From Octopus sinensis (lineage: Eukaryota): DNA of 64,000 nucleotides. The stretch lies in contig NC_042999.1 in assembly GCF_006345805.1 (NCBI RefSeq), positions 19,778,001 to 19,842,000 on the forward strand. Direction: 5' to 3'. A model generated the notes under the pieces. That model was not told where the DNA came from. It saw nothing but the letters and a program-made list of their open reading frames with translations, and did not search any database. The stretch's first letter is position 1. Every line of letters starts with the position of its first letter. This document shows, piece by piece, positions 25,920 through 39,460 of this stretch. The position numbers and the translations under genes were made by a program.

Positions 25920-26190
25920 TGAATGTATGTATGAATGAATGAAGGAATGAATGTGTGTATGTATGCATTTATGTTTGTAAGAATGTGTGTATGTATATAT
26001 TATGTATCTATATATCATGTATGTATATATGCATGTATGTATGTATATATTATTTATGTATGTATGTATATATTATGTATGTACGTATGCATGTATGTAT
26101 GTATATATGTATGTATATATGTATGTATGTATGCGTGCATTCATGTATGTATGTATATATGCATGTATGTATGTATGTATGTATATGTGT
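22588..26190. repeat. Degenerate (TATG)n satellite, 3.6 kb
   Basis: Continuous GTAT-based repeat with recurring variant motifs. Confidence 0.97.
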
Positions 26191-26549
26191 ATAATTCGTC
26201 TTTAGTCGAAAGTCACTTGTTTTTATGTCCTGTTATTATTACTATTGTATTTATTATTGTATTTATATTTGTGCAATTTGTACGTTTTTCCCGTCCTTGC
26301 TTTTGTATACATACTCTGCTTTCTACCAAGCAATCTAATGCTCTTAGCTTAGCTTTGTGTTTGGGGCTGGACAGATTGCAGCAATCTCAATAAAAATCAG
26401 CGGAAATTGCGAGGATAATCTGGTGCTTGACTGAGGAAAGAAAACTTCGAGTGACCCATCCTTGTTTTCTTTGTTTCGTCTATCTGGATGCTTTGTTGTC
26501 CCCTTTTGCATCACCTTGTTTTGCGTTCTTGTCCCATTTTATATTATAT

Positions 26550-26626
<77 letters not shown>

Positions 26627-26634
26627 ATATATAC

Positions 26635-27170
26635 ACTAGCAGAGTTACCGGCGTTGCCCGAGTTACATACAATTGAATAATTAGACTTTTCTGTTATAGT
26701 TTCTGTAATGAACTGGAATATCTTATATTTCGAATTTCATCAAAATTGCAGATAAGGGTAATTTCCCTCTTTACACACCCACAAAAAAAATTGTAATCGT
26801 GCCACATGTATCCCATACTACGGATTTTTATGCGCATATTCCAAATTTCCAGTCTTATAGAACCTTTTAAAAGGATTTTGCTCCTGTAAAATGGAGGTCA
26901 TGGATCTCTAAAATGTGAGAGTTATTGGGGGTGGGCATCATAATGTCAACCAGAGAAGTTGAATTTTTGAGAATCCTTTTTACTTGGGTCTTATATCTAT
27001 TGTTTGAAATATATGTTCACTGGGTTTGTGAAAGAGAGCAAGGCTACAGGAAACCAAAAGACAAATGATCACAATAAGCAGTCTTTCCCCTAGTCTTTAC
27101 CACTCCCAATGTAGGATTCCTCACCATCCAGGTGACAGACACAGCCGTAAGATGCATTACGAATATATAG
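26635..27170 (+). mobile_element. Non-autonomous Helitron/Helentron-like element
   Basis: Starts ACTAGCAGAGTTACCGGCGTTGCCCGAG after (TA)n, resembling the CTAG...CCCGGCGTTGCCCGGG terminus. Ends near gacagacacagccg...atatatag. Confidence 0.5.
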
Positions 27171-27729
27171 CAAGTTTAGGATGTATGGTTACGAATATAT
27201 AGCAAGTTTAGGATGTATGCTTACGTAGGATGTATGGTTACGTAGCTTTAGGTAGAAGTTCAACTTTCTCCAAATTGTATGAACAAATGTAGTTGAAATA
27301 AGCACTTCACAAGCTTAGAAAACACTCGTTAATATGACAGTGTTATCACTGCTCAGACGAATGATAAAGGCTTTATATGTAATAATCTTAAAGCTAAATA
27401 GACTAATATAATGTATGTTGAAAAGGTTTACCAGGAAATATTGGACAAATATAGACAATAGATGGGAAATATATCTATGGAGATGATTTCTTACTATACA
27501 TGGCAGGAAGCTTTGCATGGTAGAAAGCTCAGCATTACTTTAGTCAAAAGAACGGTCTCATTTGTTATGTGATACAGGAGAATAGTCTCCAAAAGAAGTT
27601 AGTGATCGACCGAAGACATTTTGGTGGGCACTGAGGAGAGAAAGAGTAAAACGAGAGAGAGAGAGAGAAAGTGGGAGAGATAGAAAGAGAGAGACTGAAG
27701 GAAGTATCATAATGGAAAGGTTATCGACA

Positions 27730-27990
27730 GTTACTTCTTTATATATGTTTGTGTGTGTGTGTGTGTGTGTGTGGTGTGTTTGTGTGTCTGTGCTTGACCT
27801 CCCCCCCACCCATCATCGCTTGACAACCGATGCGGGTGTGTTTACTTACTCATCACTTAGCGGTTCGGCAAGAGAGACGATGGAATGTACTAGTCTTACA
27901 AAGAATAAGTCCTGGGGGTCGATTTTCTCGACTAAAGGCGGTGCTCCAGCATGGCCGCAGTCAAATGACTGAAACAGATAAAAGAATAAA
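27730..27990 (+). mobile_element. SINE family A, 3' half only
   Basis: (TG)n then cgcttgacaaccgatgc...aaatgactgaaaca. Confidence 0.8.
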
Positions 27991-28232
27991 AGAATTACTG
28001 GAATGATAAACCAGAAGAAGGATGGTTGTCCAATCGAGGGATTGAACCCCACACAGAGATGCATGCAGCCAAACACTGCAACGAATTCAGCCTTACACTC
28101 TCTTGTTTCTTTATCCGCAAAATGTTTGCAACGTGAGCATGACAGTTGACTTCCATTAAGCCAACCATTCTAAGAATGGAATAAAGTCTTCTCAATTATT
28201 CTTTATTTTAGATTACAAAAGACGGACAATAA

Positions 28233-29290
28233 CTTCTTCTCCTTCTTCTTCTTCTTCTTCTTCCGTTTCTTCTTCTTCTTCTTCTTCTTCTTCTTTTCTT
28301 CTTCATCTACTTCTTTTTCTTCTTCTTCTTCCTCTTCTGCCTCTTCTGCCGCTTTTTCTTCTTCTTCTTCTCTTCTTCTTCTTCTTCTTCTTTTTCTTCT
28401 CTTCTTTGCTTCTTCTCTTCTCTTCTTCTCTCTTCTTCTTCTTCTTCTCTTCTTCTCTTCCTCTTCTTTTCATCTACTTCTTTTTCTTCTTCTTCTCTTC
28501 TTCTGCCTCTTCTGCCGCTTTTTTTCTCTTCTCTACTTCTTTTTCTTCTTCTTTTCTTCTTCTTCTTCTCCTTCTTTTCTTCTTCTCTTCTTCTTCTTCT
28601 TCTTCTTCTTCCCCCTCCTCCTTTCCCTCAACCTCTCCTTCTTCTCTTTGTTTTTCTTTTTCTTCTGTTTTTCTCTTCTTCTTGTTTTCTATTTTCTTCT
28701 CTGCCTCCTCCTTTCCCTCAACCTCCCCTCTTCTTGTCCTTTTTCTTCTTGTTTTCTTCTTCTTCTTCTTGTTTTTCTTGTTTTTCTTCTTCTTCTTCTT
28801 CTTCTGCCTCTTCTGCCGCTTTTTCTTCTTCTTCCTCCTCCTTTCCCTCAACCTCCCCTCTTCGTGTTCTTTTTCTTCTTGTTTTTCTTCTTCTTCTTCT
28901 TCTTCTTCTGCCTCTTCTGCCGCTTTTTCTTTTTCTTCTTCTTCTTCTTCTTATCTTCTTCTTCTTCTTCTTCTGCCTCTTCTGCCGCTTTTTTCCTTCT
29001 TCTTCTTCTTCTTCTTTCTTCTTCTTCTCCTCTCTTCTTCTTTTCTTCTTCTTCTCCTTCTTCTTATGATTCTTCTTTTCTTCTTCTACTTCTTTTTCTT
29101 CTTCTTCTTCTTCTTCTTCTTCTTCTCTTTTTCCTCTCCTTTCCCTCAAACCCACAACCTCCCCCTCTTCTTGTTCTTTTTCTTCTTCTTCTTCTTCTTC
29201 TTCTTCTTCTTTTTCCTCCTCCTTTCCCTCAACCTCCCCCTCTTCTTGTTCTTTTTCTTCTTCTTCTTCTTCTTCTTCTTCTTTTCTGCC
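28233..29290. repeat. Compound (TTC)n tract with larger repeated units
   Basis: Recurrent ttctgcctcttctgccgc and ctcctttccctcaacctc units within (TTC)n. Confidence 0.9.
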
Positions 29291-29719
29291 GGCTCCCTCT
29301 TCTGCTGCTGCTTAAACTATCAAACTTCAGAACCAACGTTTTTCTGCACCCTTAAAAGTTATTTCCTCAGACCTTCTACTACCTACCGTACCTTTACAAA
29401 GGAAAAAGACAGAGAGACAAAAAAAAATGGAAAATGTCCTCTCTATTTGCAGACAACGGAAATATTTGCAAAACATTTCATTTAATTTTTTCTACAATTT
29501 AATTGTTTTTCTTGTTTTACCCTTTAGGTGAAAAAAGGCGAAAAGTCTGAAACCGGTACTGACCATTGCAAAATGTACTTCATGATGAAAATATTTTAGC
29601 ATTTTCTACCTTTTCTTATTTTCGTTATATATATATATTACCTTAGTTTTATTCGAACACATAAGACAGCTATTATGCTTACTCCCCACAAAAAATCACA
29701 ACATGGATTCTGTTGAGAC

Positions 29720-29860
29720 CAATAAGAAACAATTATGAACTTTTTATTACACTTACCTTTTTAAAATATTTTTGATAAGGTTCGTTTTTTCAATAAGAAC
29801 CGAAACATGTAAAATTTCTAAGAAAATTAAAATTTTCTTATATAGTGGCGTTTTCAAACT
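29720..29860 (+). mobile_element. (TA)n-abutting Penelope-type end with decayed hammerhead at 29768-29815
   Basis: attt-TTGATAA-GGTTC-loop-GAACC-GAAAC-AT-GTA-aaat, then atagtggcgtttt like the termini at 14548 and 59500. Confidence 0.55.
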
Positions 29861-30019
29861 TCTATATATATATATTATATATATATATATATATATTATA
29901 TAATATATAACGCAAGGGATATCTTTATAAGATTTAATGAAGTAGCCAGCATATGTTAAAATCGTACGGGTAACAAATAATACAAAATATATAATTAGAT
30001 AAATATTTTACAATACGTG

Positions 30020-30540
30020 CACTAATGAGTAGCGCCACACTACGTTATTTACCCCCCATTAGCACGGGTTGAAAGCGAGGGAAGTGAACAAAGATTTTTT
30101 TAAAGGTGTTTATCTATAGTTCGATATCTAGTTTAGAGATGTAATTCTCTTAAAATCTTATAACGATTTTAGCTTTGATTATGTATAAATATAATTTACT
30201 GTGACCAATATTATTATTTTTTGGTCGTATACTTACGTGGTTGAGGTGAATGAATTAAATTTAGCTTCTATATATATGTGAACATTTGTATATATACTTG
30301 TGGATACGTGTTCTTTGTATGGATATGTATAAATGTTTATAATTATGTACAATGTGTTATTCTATACTGATGACGGTAAAAATATTTACATCTCTGAAGT
30401 AGAAATCGATCTACGGTCAAACCCTTTTTAAAACACTTTCTCTTTCATTTCCTTCGTTTTCAACCCGTGCGAATGGGGTAAATAATATAGTTCTTAGAGG
30501 TATTTGGCGTCTATTTCTAGCATGTGGCGTTACTTATTTG
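30020..30540. mobile_element. Diverged inverted-repeat (MITE-like) element
   Basis: ttatttaccccccattagcacgggttgaaa... versus ...ttcaacccgtgcgaatggggtaaataa. Confidence 0.6.
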
Positions 30541-30565
30541 TGCCCTTATTATAATTATATTTATG

Positions 30566-30607
<42 letters not shown>

Positions 30608-31345
30608 GTAAATAGAGTTAGCAAGTTGAAATAACCGTCCAAAGGATAAGTATATCCGTTATCACTACCCGTATACATTACCTGTTAATAACAGAAGAAA
30701 TAAAAGAAGGAATCAAATTTAAAATAACCAGAAAATGGAGAAAACTTTTGCTCAACAAACAAATTAACCACCAATAGCTAATTATTTTGTAATATAAAAT
30801 TTTAACATCGCTTACAGCCGTTTCTGCTACCAATGTCAGTCAGTACCTCTAAAGAAAATTATAGAATATTATTCCTCATCTATATAGCACATCCTATCTT
30901 GTACATGGGACTTCCTCACAGTGAATAAAAATACATAAAATAAAAGAAGAGAAGAGGGTAGAAGAAAGAACAGGACCTTGAGATGAGAAAAGAAGGCTTA
31001 ATAAATTGGAATCGTACCATTTTGCTGGGTAAAGCTTGAAGTGGATGAGCAAATGTGTAAAATAGCATATAAACTAGAAAAATAATTGGTGGGTTAATCT
31101 TTTTTTAGGGTCACGAGGGTGGGTAAATAATAAGAAAATAGAATTAATACTTAAGTATAGCAGGATTCGTCAATAAGTCTAGAAAAAAAATAGTGCTTCT
31201 GATTTCGTAAATAGAGCTAATTCATATTTACCCCAAAACCTACAGGTGTAGTTGATATAATAATGTACTTACTGATATTTTCTAAAGACCAACCACCTGT
31301 TTTCCGTAATGGAATTGACCAAAGCACACACCAAGGCACCCACGT

Positions 31346-31418
<73 letters not shown>

Positions 31419-31621
31419 ACCAAACACATACACCCCAATAACAATAAAACACTAACATTTCCATAAAACAGAATGCATGCCGCAATAATGTATGTATATA
31501 TGCATGCATCATATTTATTTTATATGTATATATACATATGTATGTATACATGTATGTATGCATGTGTATGTATATATGTATGTGCGCGTGTATCTATGTA
31601 CATATGAATATATTACACACC

Positions 31622-31940
31622 ACTGGCACTCCGTCGGTTACGACGACGAGTCTGCCACTCGATCCGATCAATGGAACGGCCTGCTCGTGAAGTTAACGTG
31701 CATGTGGCTGAGCGACATACGTACCCTTAACTTAGTTCTACGAGGGATTCAGCATGACACATATTGTGACAAGGATGACCCTTAGAATTACATGTGCAAC
31801 TTAATTTTGTCCTCTGAGTCGACTGGAGCAGCGTGAAATAAAGTGACTTGCTCAAGGAGAAAACGTGGTGTTAGGAATGAAATTCACGTCCTTACAATCG
31901 GAAGCCGTATACCTGAGCCACCAAGCAAGGCGCCTTCACT
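31622..31940 (-). mobile_element. CORE-type tRNA SINE family D
   Basis: Head gtgaaggcgcc..., CORE-like ccttgagcaagtcacttt, tail cgtcgtaaccgacggagtgcca. Confidence 0.7.
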
Positions 31941-32560
31941 ATATGATATAATTTGACAATCTGGACATGTATTCTCTTCACTATCAAATACTCTTTTAAA
32001 TACTGCTTAGTCTGAAATAGAGACGGAAATTGCAGAGCGTGTATGAAATAGAAATCATACACAACATAAAATAGACAGAGGCTTGTCATAATTACAGATG
32101 AATTGGTGACACATTTCCTGTAAAATATGAAATATTATATGGTAGAAGGACAAACAACATCCATGTAGGTTTAGAATAGAATTTATTGGAGAGTATAAAA
32201 GAAAAACAAAAGAATGTAATAGCCATCAATAATTAATTTAGAAAGTGTATACCGGGAATAATTTGAGCAAAAATAGGAGAGAAAAGTGATATATAAATTT
32301 TCAAAAAAATGGACAAAGTAAGATGGACAATTGCCAGAATAAGATGGACAAATACAATATGCATACATACACACATACGTATATACATACATTCATACAT
32401 ACATACATAAATACATATGTATGTATATACGTCTTACATGTAAAACATCAAAATATATTCAAACAACGGTGTTTCAAGAGAAATCAGGTTTGGATTAGCG
32501 CTTGATAGACATGAAATACGAATGACTGTTGTTCATAGATATGCCATTGGCCCCTATTTG

Positions 32561-32780
32561 TTTCTTTACTACCCACAAGGGTAGTAACACAGAAGGGACA
32601 AACAAGGACAGACAAACGGATTATGTCGATTATATCGACCCCAGTGCGTAACTGGTACTTAATTTATCGACCCCGAAAGGATCAAAGGGAAAGTCTTGCC
32701 CGGCGGAATTTGAACTCAGAATGTAGCGGCAGACGAAATACGGCTACGCATTTCGCCCGGCGTGCTTACGGTTCTGCCCC
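32561..32780 (-). mobile_element. SINE family B monomer
   Basis: Reverse-complement consensus match. Confidence 0.85.
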
Positions 32781-33373
32781 TATTTTCACGTCGATGAATT
32801 ATTATCATTTGATCGATCTCTAACACAAAATACAGTTACTAAAATGCCTTGTAGGTATTAGCAGGCAGAAAAAATGACAAAACAAAATTAATGTTTCGGT
32901 TAAGAAATCCTGAGTAACTGAATTTCACAAGTTCTATTTTTTTTTTGCTTTGTTTGTATCGTTTCAAAATTAAACAAAAAGTCATCATATTCGGATTGAC
33001 GTGTTGGCAATGGGGTTGATTACAGCAACCCCTCTGCACAACTGATACTTATTTTATTGACAGGTAAAGCCTACCTCGGTAGAACTTGGAATTGGAACTT
33101 TGAGATTGAGGAAACACTGCCCAGCTTTGCGAACTATCCAGAAAGATTTGAACAGATGGTTAAAGGAAAGAGGCATAAAAGCGAGTTTAGTGCAGCTCCA
33201 GAAAACAGTGTTATTGGGGTACTTAGGAGAGTTCTTGGCATCTAAGGTTACTTGCTGCTCGATGTTTGGAACTTTATCGTTTTATTCCAGCCATTCAGTT
33301 TGTTGTGTGTATATAAAATAATAAGGAAAATGATAGAATGGAAAGCTAATTGAAAGAAGAAAATTGATGATGC

Positions 33374-33474
<101 letters not shown>

Positions 33475-33519
33475 GTAATAATAATAATAATAATAATAAT
33501 GATGAGGAGGAGGTGGATA

Positions 33520-34165
33520 ATTTCGCTTGTTTGCCACAAGGGTGAAGAATGAGGGGAACAATACAGAGACAGACATATATAATGATGAAATGACAAAAAT
33601 ACTAATAAAATAATAAAAATAGATAAAGTGTACCCACTATACACTGGAAAAGAAGGGACATATGCATAGCATACGAAGGTAAAAAAAAGCGGGGATGATA
33701 GAGATCTTGCTCTTTTGATACAGGAATGCCTCGAGGGTTAATAGATGAAACCCACTGTCCGAGATTTCCCTGAAGGCCCATGAGGAAGTGCCCTCTCCAA
33801 TTCCTTCTCTCCGACTCTTGCCATTTTCGCAACTTTCACCCACTTTTCGATAAACTCACTCGAGGACAGCGCTTCCCTCTCCACTCTCAATTTCCTTTTC
33901 AAGCGAAATCTGAAAAAGTCAATAGCAGTTCTACCAAAGAGGAATGTATCTGTGCTCATGCCTTTCAGCCTTGTCCACCAAACAACCTCTTTCGCCACAG
34001 CCCCCAGGCAAAGAAAAACTGCCTTGCCTGCCATACTGAAGGTGGGCGGCGGTGCAGTCATCACTACAGACTTGGATCCGTCCTGAATGTGACAGCAGCT
34101 GTTCAACAGAACCCACAAGTCTGTAATGCCTAGTCACTGAACGAGGACGTACAGAAATATTTCAT
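33520..34165 (-). mobile_element. 3' end of a second Tx1-clade LINE family, next to (AAT)n
   Basis: AKEVVWWTRLKGMSTDTFLFGRTAIDFFRFRLKRKLRVERE aligns by eye with AKECIWWTRLKGLETNTFLSGQSLINFFKYHLKRKVRVERQ in the 42-57 kb elements. Confidence 0.8.
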
Positions 34166-35171
34166 CACTCTGCACGCGCCTAAGACAGGTCTGATTTCAC
34201 ATTTTTCTACAAAGGCAGTTTGAGGTGGGGGATTAAATCAAATACATCGACCCTAATGCGTAACTGGTACTTATTTAATCGACTCCGAAAGGATGAAAGG
34301 CAAAGTTGGTCTCGGAGGAATTTGAACTTAGAATGTAGCGGCAGACAAAATGCCGCTAAGCATTTCGCCCGGAGAAATGCTTAGCGACAGATACATATAA
34401 ATATAATCCTTTCTACTAAAGGTACAAGGCCTGAAGTTTGGGAGAAGCGGACAAGTCGATTACATCGACCCGGAGAATTAATTAGGACCCTCGGGGTCCT
34501 TCGCCCGAAAGGTGGAAATGAACCACTCTGACGTCAGTCAGCTACAGGTTTGAAGCCTGCACTCCAGACCACTGAAGCTCGTTCAGGCAAAATATAAGTA
34601 TAATATAATATAAATACATATAAATATAGTACAGTTTATAAAGCAAAGACAAAGATGGCACTCAATACATGGTTTAAAGTTTAGTCATATAGTTATTTCA
34701 ACAGACGATGGTCTCCACTACTCCATTTCTTCCGATCATTGCGCTGACTTTCCGAGATGTAGAAGCTTCTACATGTAATTTTCATTGGTTACTCTCTTCC
34801 TTTTGTCAAGACGCTCTGTTCTCCACTTCACCAGCTCCGGCCATGTGGTATTGGTAGTAGTATTAATTGTGGTATTGGAAGCAGTAGTGGTTGTAACAGC
34901 AGTGGCTGATGTGATGGTTGTAGTAGTAGTTGCGGTGGTACATGTGGTGGTGCTTGTAGGGTGGTTGCGGTGGTAGTTTTTGTGATGTTGGCTGCGGCCG
35001 CGTTTGTAGAATTTTTATGGTAGTTGCGGTGGAAGGTGTCTCACATGTTTAATGTCACTCCAGTTGAAGTCCTAACGCGATATCTGTAACACCATTGTTT
35101 CTGTTATTGATATTACTGTTGTTTGTTATTGTTGTTATTGTTACTGTGGTTTTTAATAAATTTAAATATTT

Positions 35172-35310
35172 CTACAGCTGAGTGAACTGGAGCAACGTGA
35201 AATAAGGTGTCTTGCTCAAGAACACAACACGCAGCCCGGTCCGGGATTCGAAATCACAACCTCACGATCGTAAGCGCGACACTCTAAACACTGAGCCATG
35301 CGCCTTCACT
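35172..35310 (-). mobile_element. SINE family D, head plus CORE-like part
   Basis: gtgaaggcgcatggctcagtg...tttcgaatccc...cttgagcaagacaccttatttcacg. Confidence 0.75.
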
Positions 35311-36065
35311 GTTTGTTATTGTTGTTATTGTTAATGTGATTTTTAATAAAGAACTACAAATTTGCAGGTTCCTAGAACAGGAAGATTTCTTCTTTAGTTC
35401 AGGCCCCAATGATGTGCACGACAAGTCACAGTTATAGCAGCTGTTCTAAGATATGATAGAAGGTAGAAACCTTGTGGTGTTCAGATCCACCCTACCTAAT
35501 CTTCTCTCCCTTATTCACCGTACATTGGGCATTTTCAAGATGTTTGATATGCCTTCTCTTACCCACTGTATGTACTTAGTAGATTATGCTTTTGTAGGTG
35601 GATTTTTAAAGGTTTTCATATGCTCACCCCAGCTGCGTGTGGTTGAGTGACATAGTTTCATTTTAAATAATAATTATCTATTTTTCTGTATTTCATTTTC
35701 TATTGAATTTATAACACCTACACCCATCTGGCTCTTCTTGATCAGATCACTATCGCTAAGTTTGACTTCACCACTGACAACTACGGCCTCTGACTATTTA
35801 CAACTATCCCTCCCATGACAACAGCTCCCACTTGGCCAAAGGTTTTCCTCCCTTTCTAGAAAATTAGCAAAATCTTGAAGACCTCCACTAATTATTCTTG
35901 CTCCTGTAGCAAACACAGATATCGCATTACGAATTTTTGATTCCACTTGTAATCTCTTCCAGTGCCTCACCACAACTTTCTAGTATCCCACCACCTCCAC
36001 ATTCTTCCAATTCGCTTTCGTAATTTAACCAATCGAACAATAGATTCTCTAATACAGTTCTATAT

Positions 36066-36920
36066 TTGAGAGATGAGGAATTATGTACATTGTTTACATT
36101 ATTTACATTTGACGTACATTTGTCCTCATCTTGTCTAAGTACTATTATATCATGTGAACACAATAAAGCCAAACATACAGTTCACAATGGAAAAGGAAAA
36201 AGACAATCAGCTAGCATTCCTGGATATATTGATAACACGCACCAAGTGTGGATCCAGGACATCTACAGACCGCAAGCCCACTTTCACTGAACGATACCTC
36301 AATTTCAATTCCCACCATCCATACAGTGTAAAGAGAACGATTGATCATTGCCTAAAACATTGAGCAAAGTATATAAGTAGCGATCCTGATACACACCAAG
36401 AAGAAATAATCTATTAAGCAACAACTACCCCCAAAACGTACTATGTACTCCGATTATAAAGAAAAGAGAGTGTGAAGCCCATAAACTGACCACAGTCAGT
36501 GAAAAGATACAAAAGATATGCGGCCCATATGGCACCAGGATGGTATTCAAGCGTAATACTCTTTGCAAATATCTCCTTCGAGTAAAACCACCAATACACG
36601 AGAATATGACCAAAGACTGCGTGTACTCCATCCAATGCAGCTGTGGTAGGTTATACAAAGGCGAAACATGCCGCCCCCTCAATATAAGGGTAGGGGAACA
36701 TCGTAAACCATGAGGAGAAATCGGGTATAGCTGATCATGTATGGAAAAAGGGAAACACCTCCCCCAGTGGGATGAAGTTAAAATAATAGACAGAGAACAC
36801 CACTGGAATACACGGAAACTAATTGAAGCAGCACATATACTAGGACATAATATCTTCCAAAGCAGACCGAAAGTAGATATGAGTAGCATAGGATAGGAAA
36901 ATATTAGATTTATAAGCCCC
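36066..36920 (+). pseudogene. Penelope-like element: RT C-terminus plus GIY-YIG endonuclease, decayed
   Basis: NTIKPNIQFTMEKEKDNQLAFLDILI...YLNFNSHHP; CVYSIQCSCGRLYKGETCRPLNIRVGEH; RKLIEAAHI. Confidence 0.85.
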
Positions 36921-36991
36921 AAAATAATAATAATAATAATAATAACAACAACAACAACAACAACAATAACACCACCACCACCACCACTACC

Positions 36992-37672
<681 letters not shown>

Positions 37673-37779
37673 AATAATAATAATAATATTGACAATAATA
37701 ATATTATTGACAATAATAATAATATTGACAATAATAATAATATTGACAATAATAATAATATTGACAATAATAATAATGA

Positions 37780-38185
37780 TAGAGAGTAGGAAGCCAGACA
37801 TAGTCCTAATTGAGAAAGAAAACAAACTATGCTGGATCATAAATATAGCATGTCCAGATGATAGCAAGGTGTACGATAAGGAAGAAAGAAAAGTTGAGAG
37901 ATATAACAGGTTAGCTTGGGAAGTTAAGCGGTTGCGGTTAATGAAAAAGGTAGCAGTAGTAACACTAATTGTCAGAGCCCCGAGAACAATGACTAAAAAT
38001 CACGAGAAGTATGTGGAACAAATAGGGGCTGCAATAAGGGTTGAGCACTTGCAGAAAACAGCACTGTTTGGAACCGCTCGAATACTCCGGAAGGTGTCCG
38101 AAAAATTAGAGGTGTTACCTCAGTTCACTGGTAGTGTACAGCTGACACCGTAGTACCTCTCCAGCGTTAGAAGCTGCGTAAAGGC
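37780..38185 (+). mobile_element. 3' end of an R4/Dong-clade LINE (restriction-like endonuclease)
   Basis: RKPDIVLIEKENKLCWIINIACPDD...KVERY...LQKTALFGTARILRKV, then a short UTR and (AAT)n. Confidence 0.85.
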
Positions 38186-38212
38186 AATAATGATAATAAT
38201 AACAACAACAAC

Positions 38213-38270
<58 letters not shown>

Positions 38271-38456
38271 TAATAATCATAATAATAATAATCATAATAC
38301 TAAATACTTTAGGAATGAGAACCCAGGTTCGATATGTCCCCAAGACATCTGATGTCAAATGTAAATAACGTAATAGATTCTCTTATTTTAAGTCTCAACT
38401 CTTCCATCCATTATATTCTCAATTCATTACCAAAAAAAAAACAAAAAAACTTCTAA

Positions 38457-39180
38457 TACCGTAAATCCTCGAGTATAATCCGCATTTTCCCCCTAAAATT
38501 TAAAGGTCAAAATCCCTAGTGCTTATTTTCTAAGCAATGTCCGAATCTGTATTTTCTGTCTGGCAATATTTATTCAGACACATATTGTGATGTCGGGTGT
38601 GAAAATACCTTAAGCTAAGCCTGAAAGCAATGAAGTCATAAAAGAATCATCCATAACTTGTAGTAAGCAACATTTATTAAAATAAAAGTATTCAGAACAC
38701 AGAATCACATGTAACTAAAACAATTTGCAAACAAATTTATATTCTCATATAACAGTTAAGAACATCACCATTATTGTATTACGCATGCTCGGAAGTGTTT
38801 GTTCGACTAGGTGCTGCTGGCTTAATTACGCATCATTACCGTGGCAAACTATAGATAATTAATTAAATACCAGTATTAATGTTTGAACTACTGTGGGTCT
38901 TTACTAGGGTTTCTTACAAACGGGTCTTAAACCTGTACATTAATCTCCGATAAAACATTCTATACATTACATGCCCATAAAATGCCTCGTAGATCTTATT
39001 CAGCTATGTTTAAACTTGTAGTTATATTATACGCCGAAGAGGTAATAGGGCCGCCGGAAGAAAATTTGAAGTTGACGAAAGCAATCTCAGCTTATGGAGA
39101 AGAAATAAAGATGAAATTAAACAGATACCAAAGATAAAGAAAGCAAGAAGGCAATAAAAAAGGACGTTACCGTATACATT
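38457..39180 (+). mobile_element. pogo-type (Tc1/mariner) transposon fragment with Brinker-like HTH
   Basis: TIR-like TACCGTAAATCCTCGAGTATAATCCGCA. From ATG 38982: MPRRSYSAMFKLVVILYAE/GNRAAGRKFEVDESNLSLWRRNK (one frameshift). Confidence 0.7.
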
Positions 39181-39249
39181 TTACAAACCAAGGACGTTAT
39201 ATAGACCTCCTTGACTCAAGTTAGAGAAGGCGTGCGTATTATATACAAG

Positions 39250-39460
39250 GTTAGCACGCCGGGCGAAATGCGTAGCCGTATTTCGTCTGCCGTTACGTTC
39301 TGAGTTCAAATTCCGCCGAGGTCGACTTTGTCTTTCATCATTTCGGAGTCGATTAAATAAGTACCAGTTACGCACTGGGGTCGATGTAATCGACTTAATC
39401 CGTTTGTCTGTCCTTGTTTGTCCCCTCTGTGTTTAGCCCCTTGTGGCTAGTAAAAAAATA
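39250..39460 (+). mobile_element. SINE family B
   Basis: Consensus match. Truncates the pogo ORF region. Confidence 0.85.

Noticed and set aside
22502-26393. Many ORFs such as MYVCMY and HTYIHT
   Set aside because: Translations of the (TATG)n repeat.
28406-29485. 359-aa plus-strand F/S/L ORF
   Set aside because: Stop-free only because (TTC)n lacks stop codons. No domain recognised.
30367-30400. CTGATGA hammerhead-like start
   Set aside because: No GAAA after stem II. It runs into a MITE arm.
39030-39090. ccgaagag...gacgaaagc hammerhead-like motif
   Set aside because: Explained as pogo transposase coding sequence, and the stems do not pair.
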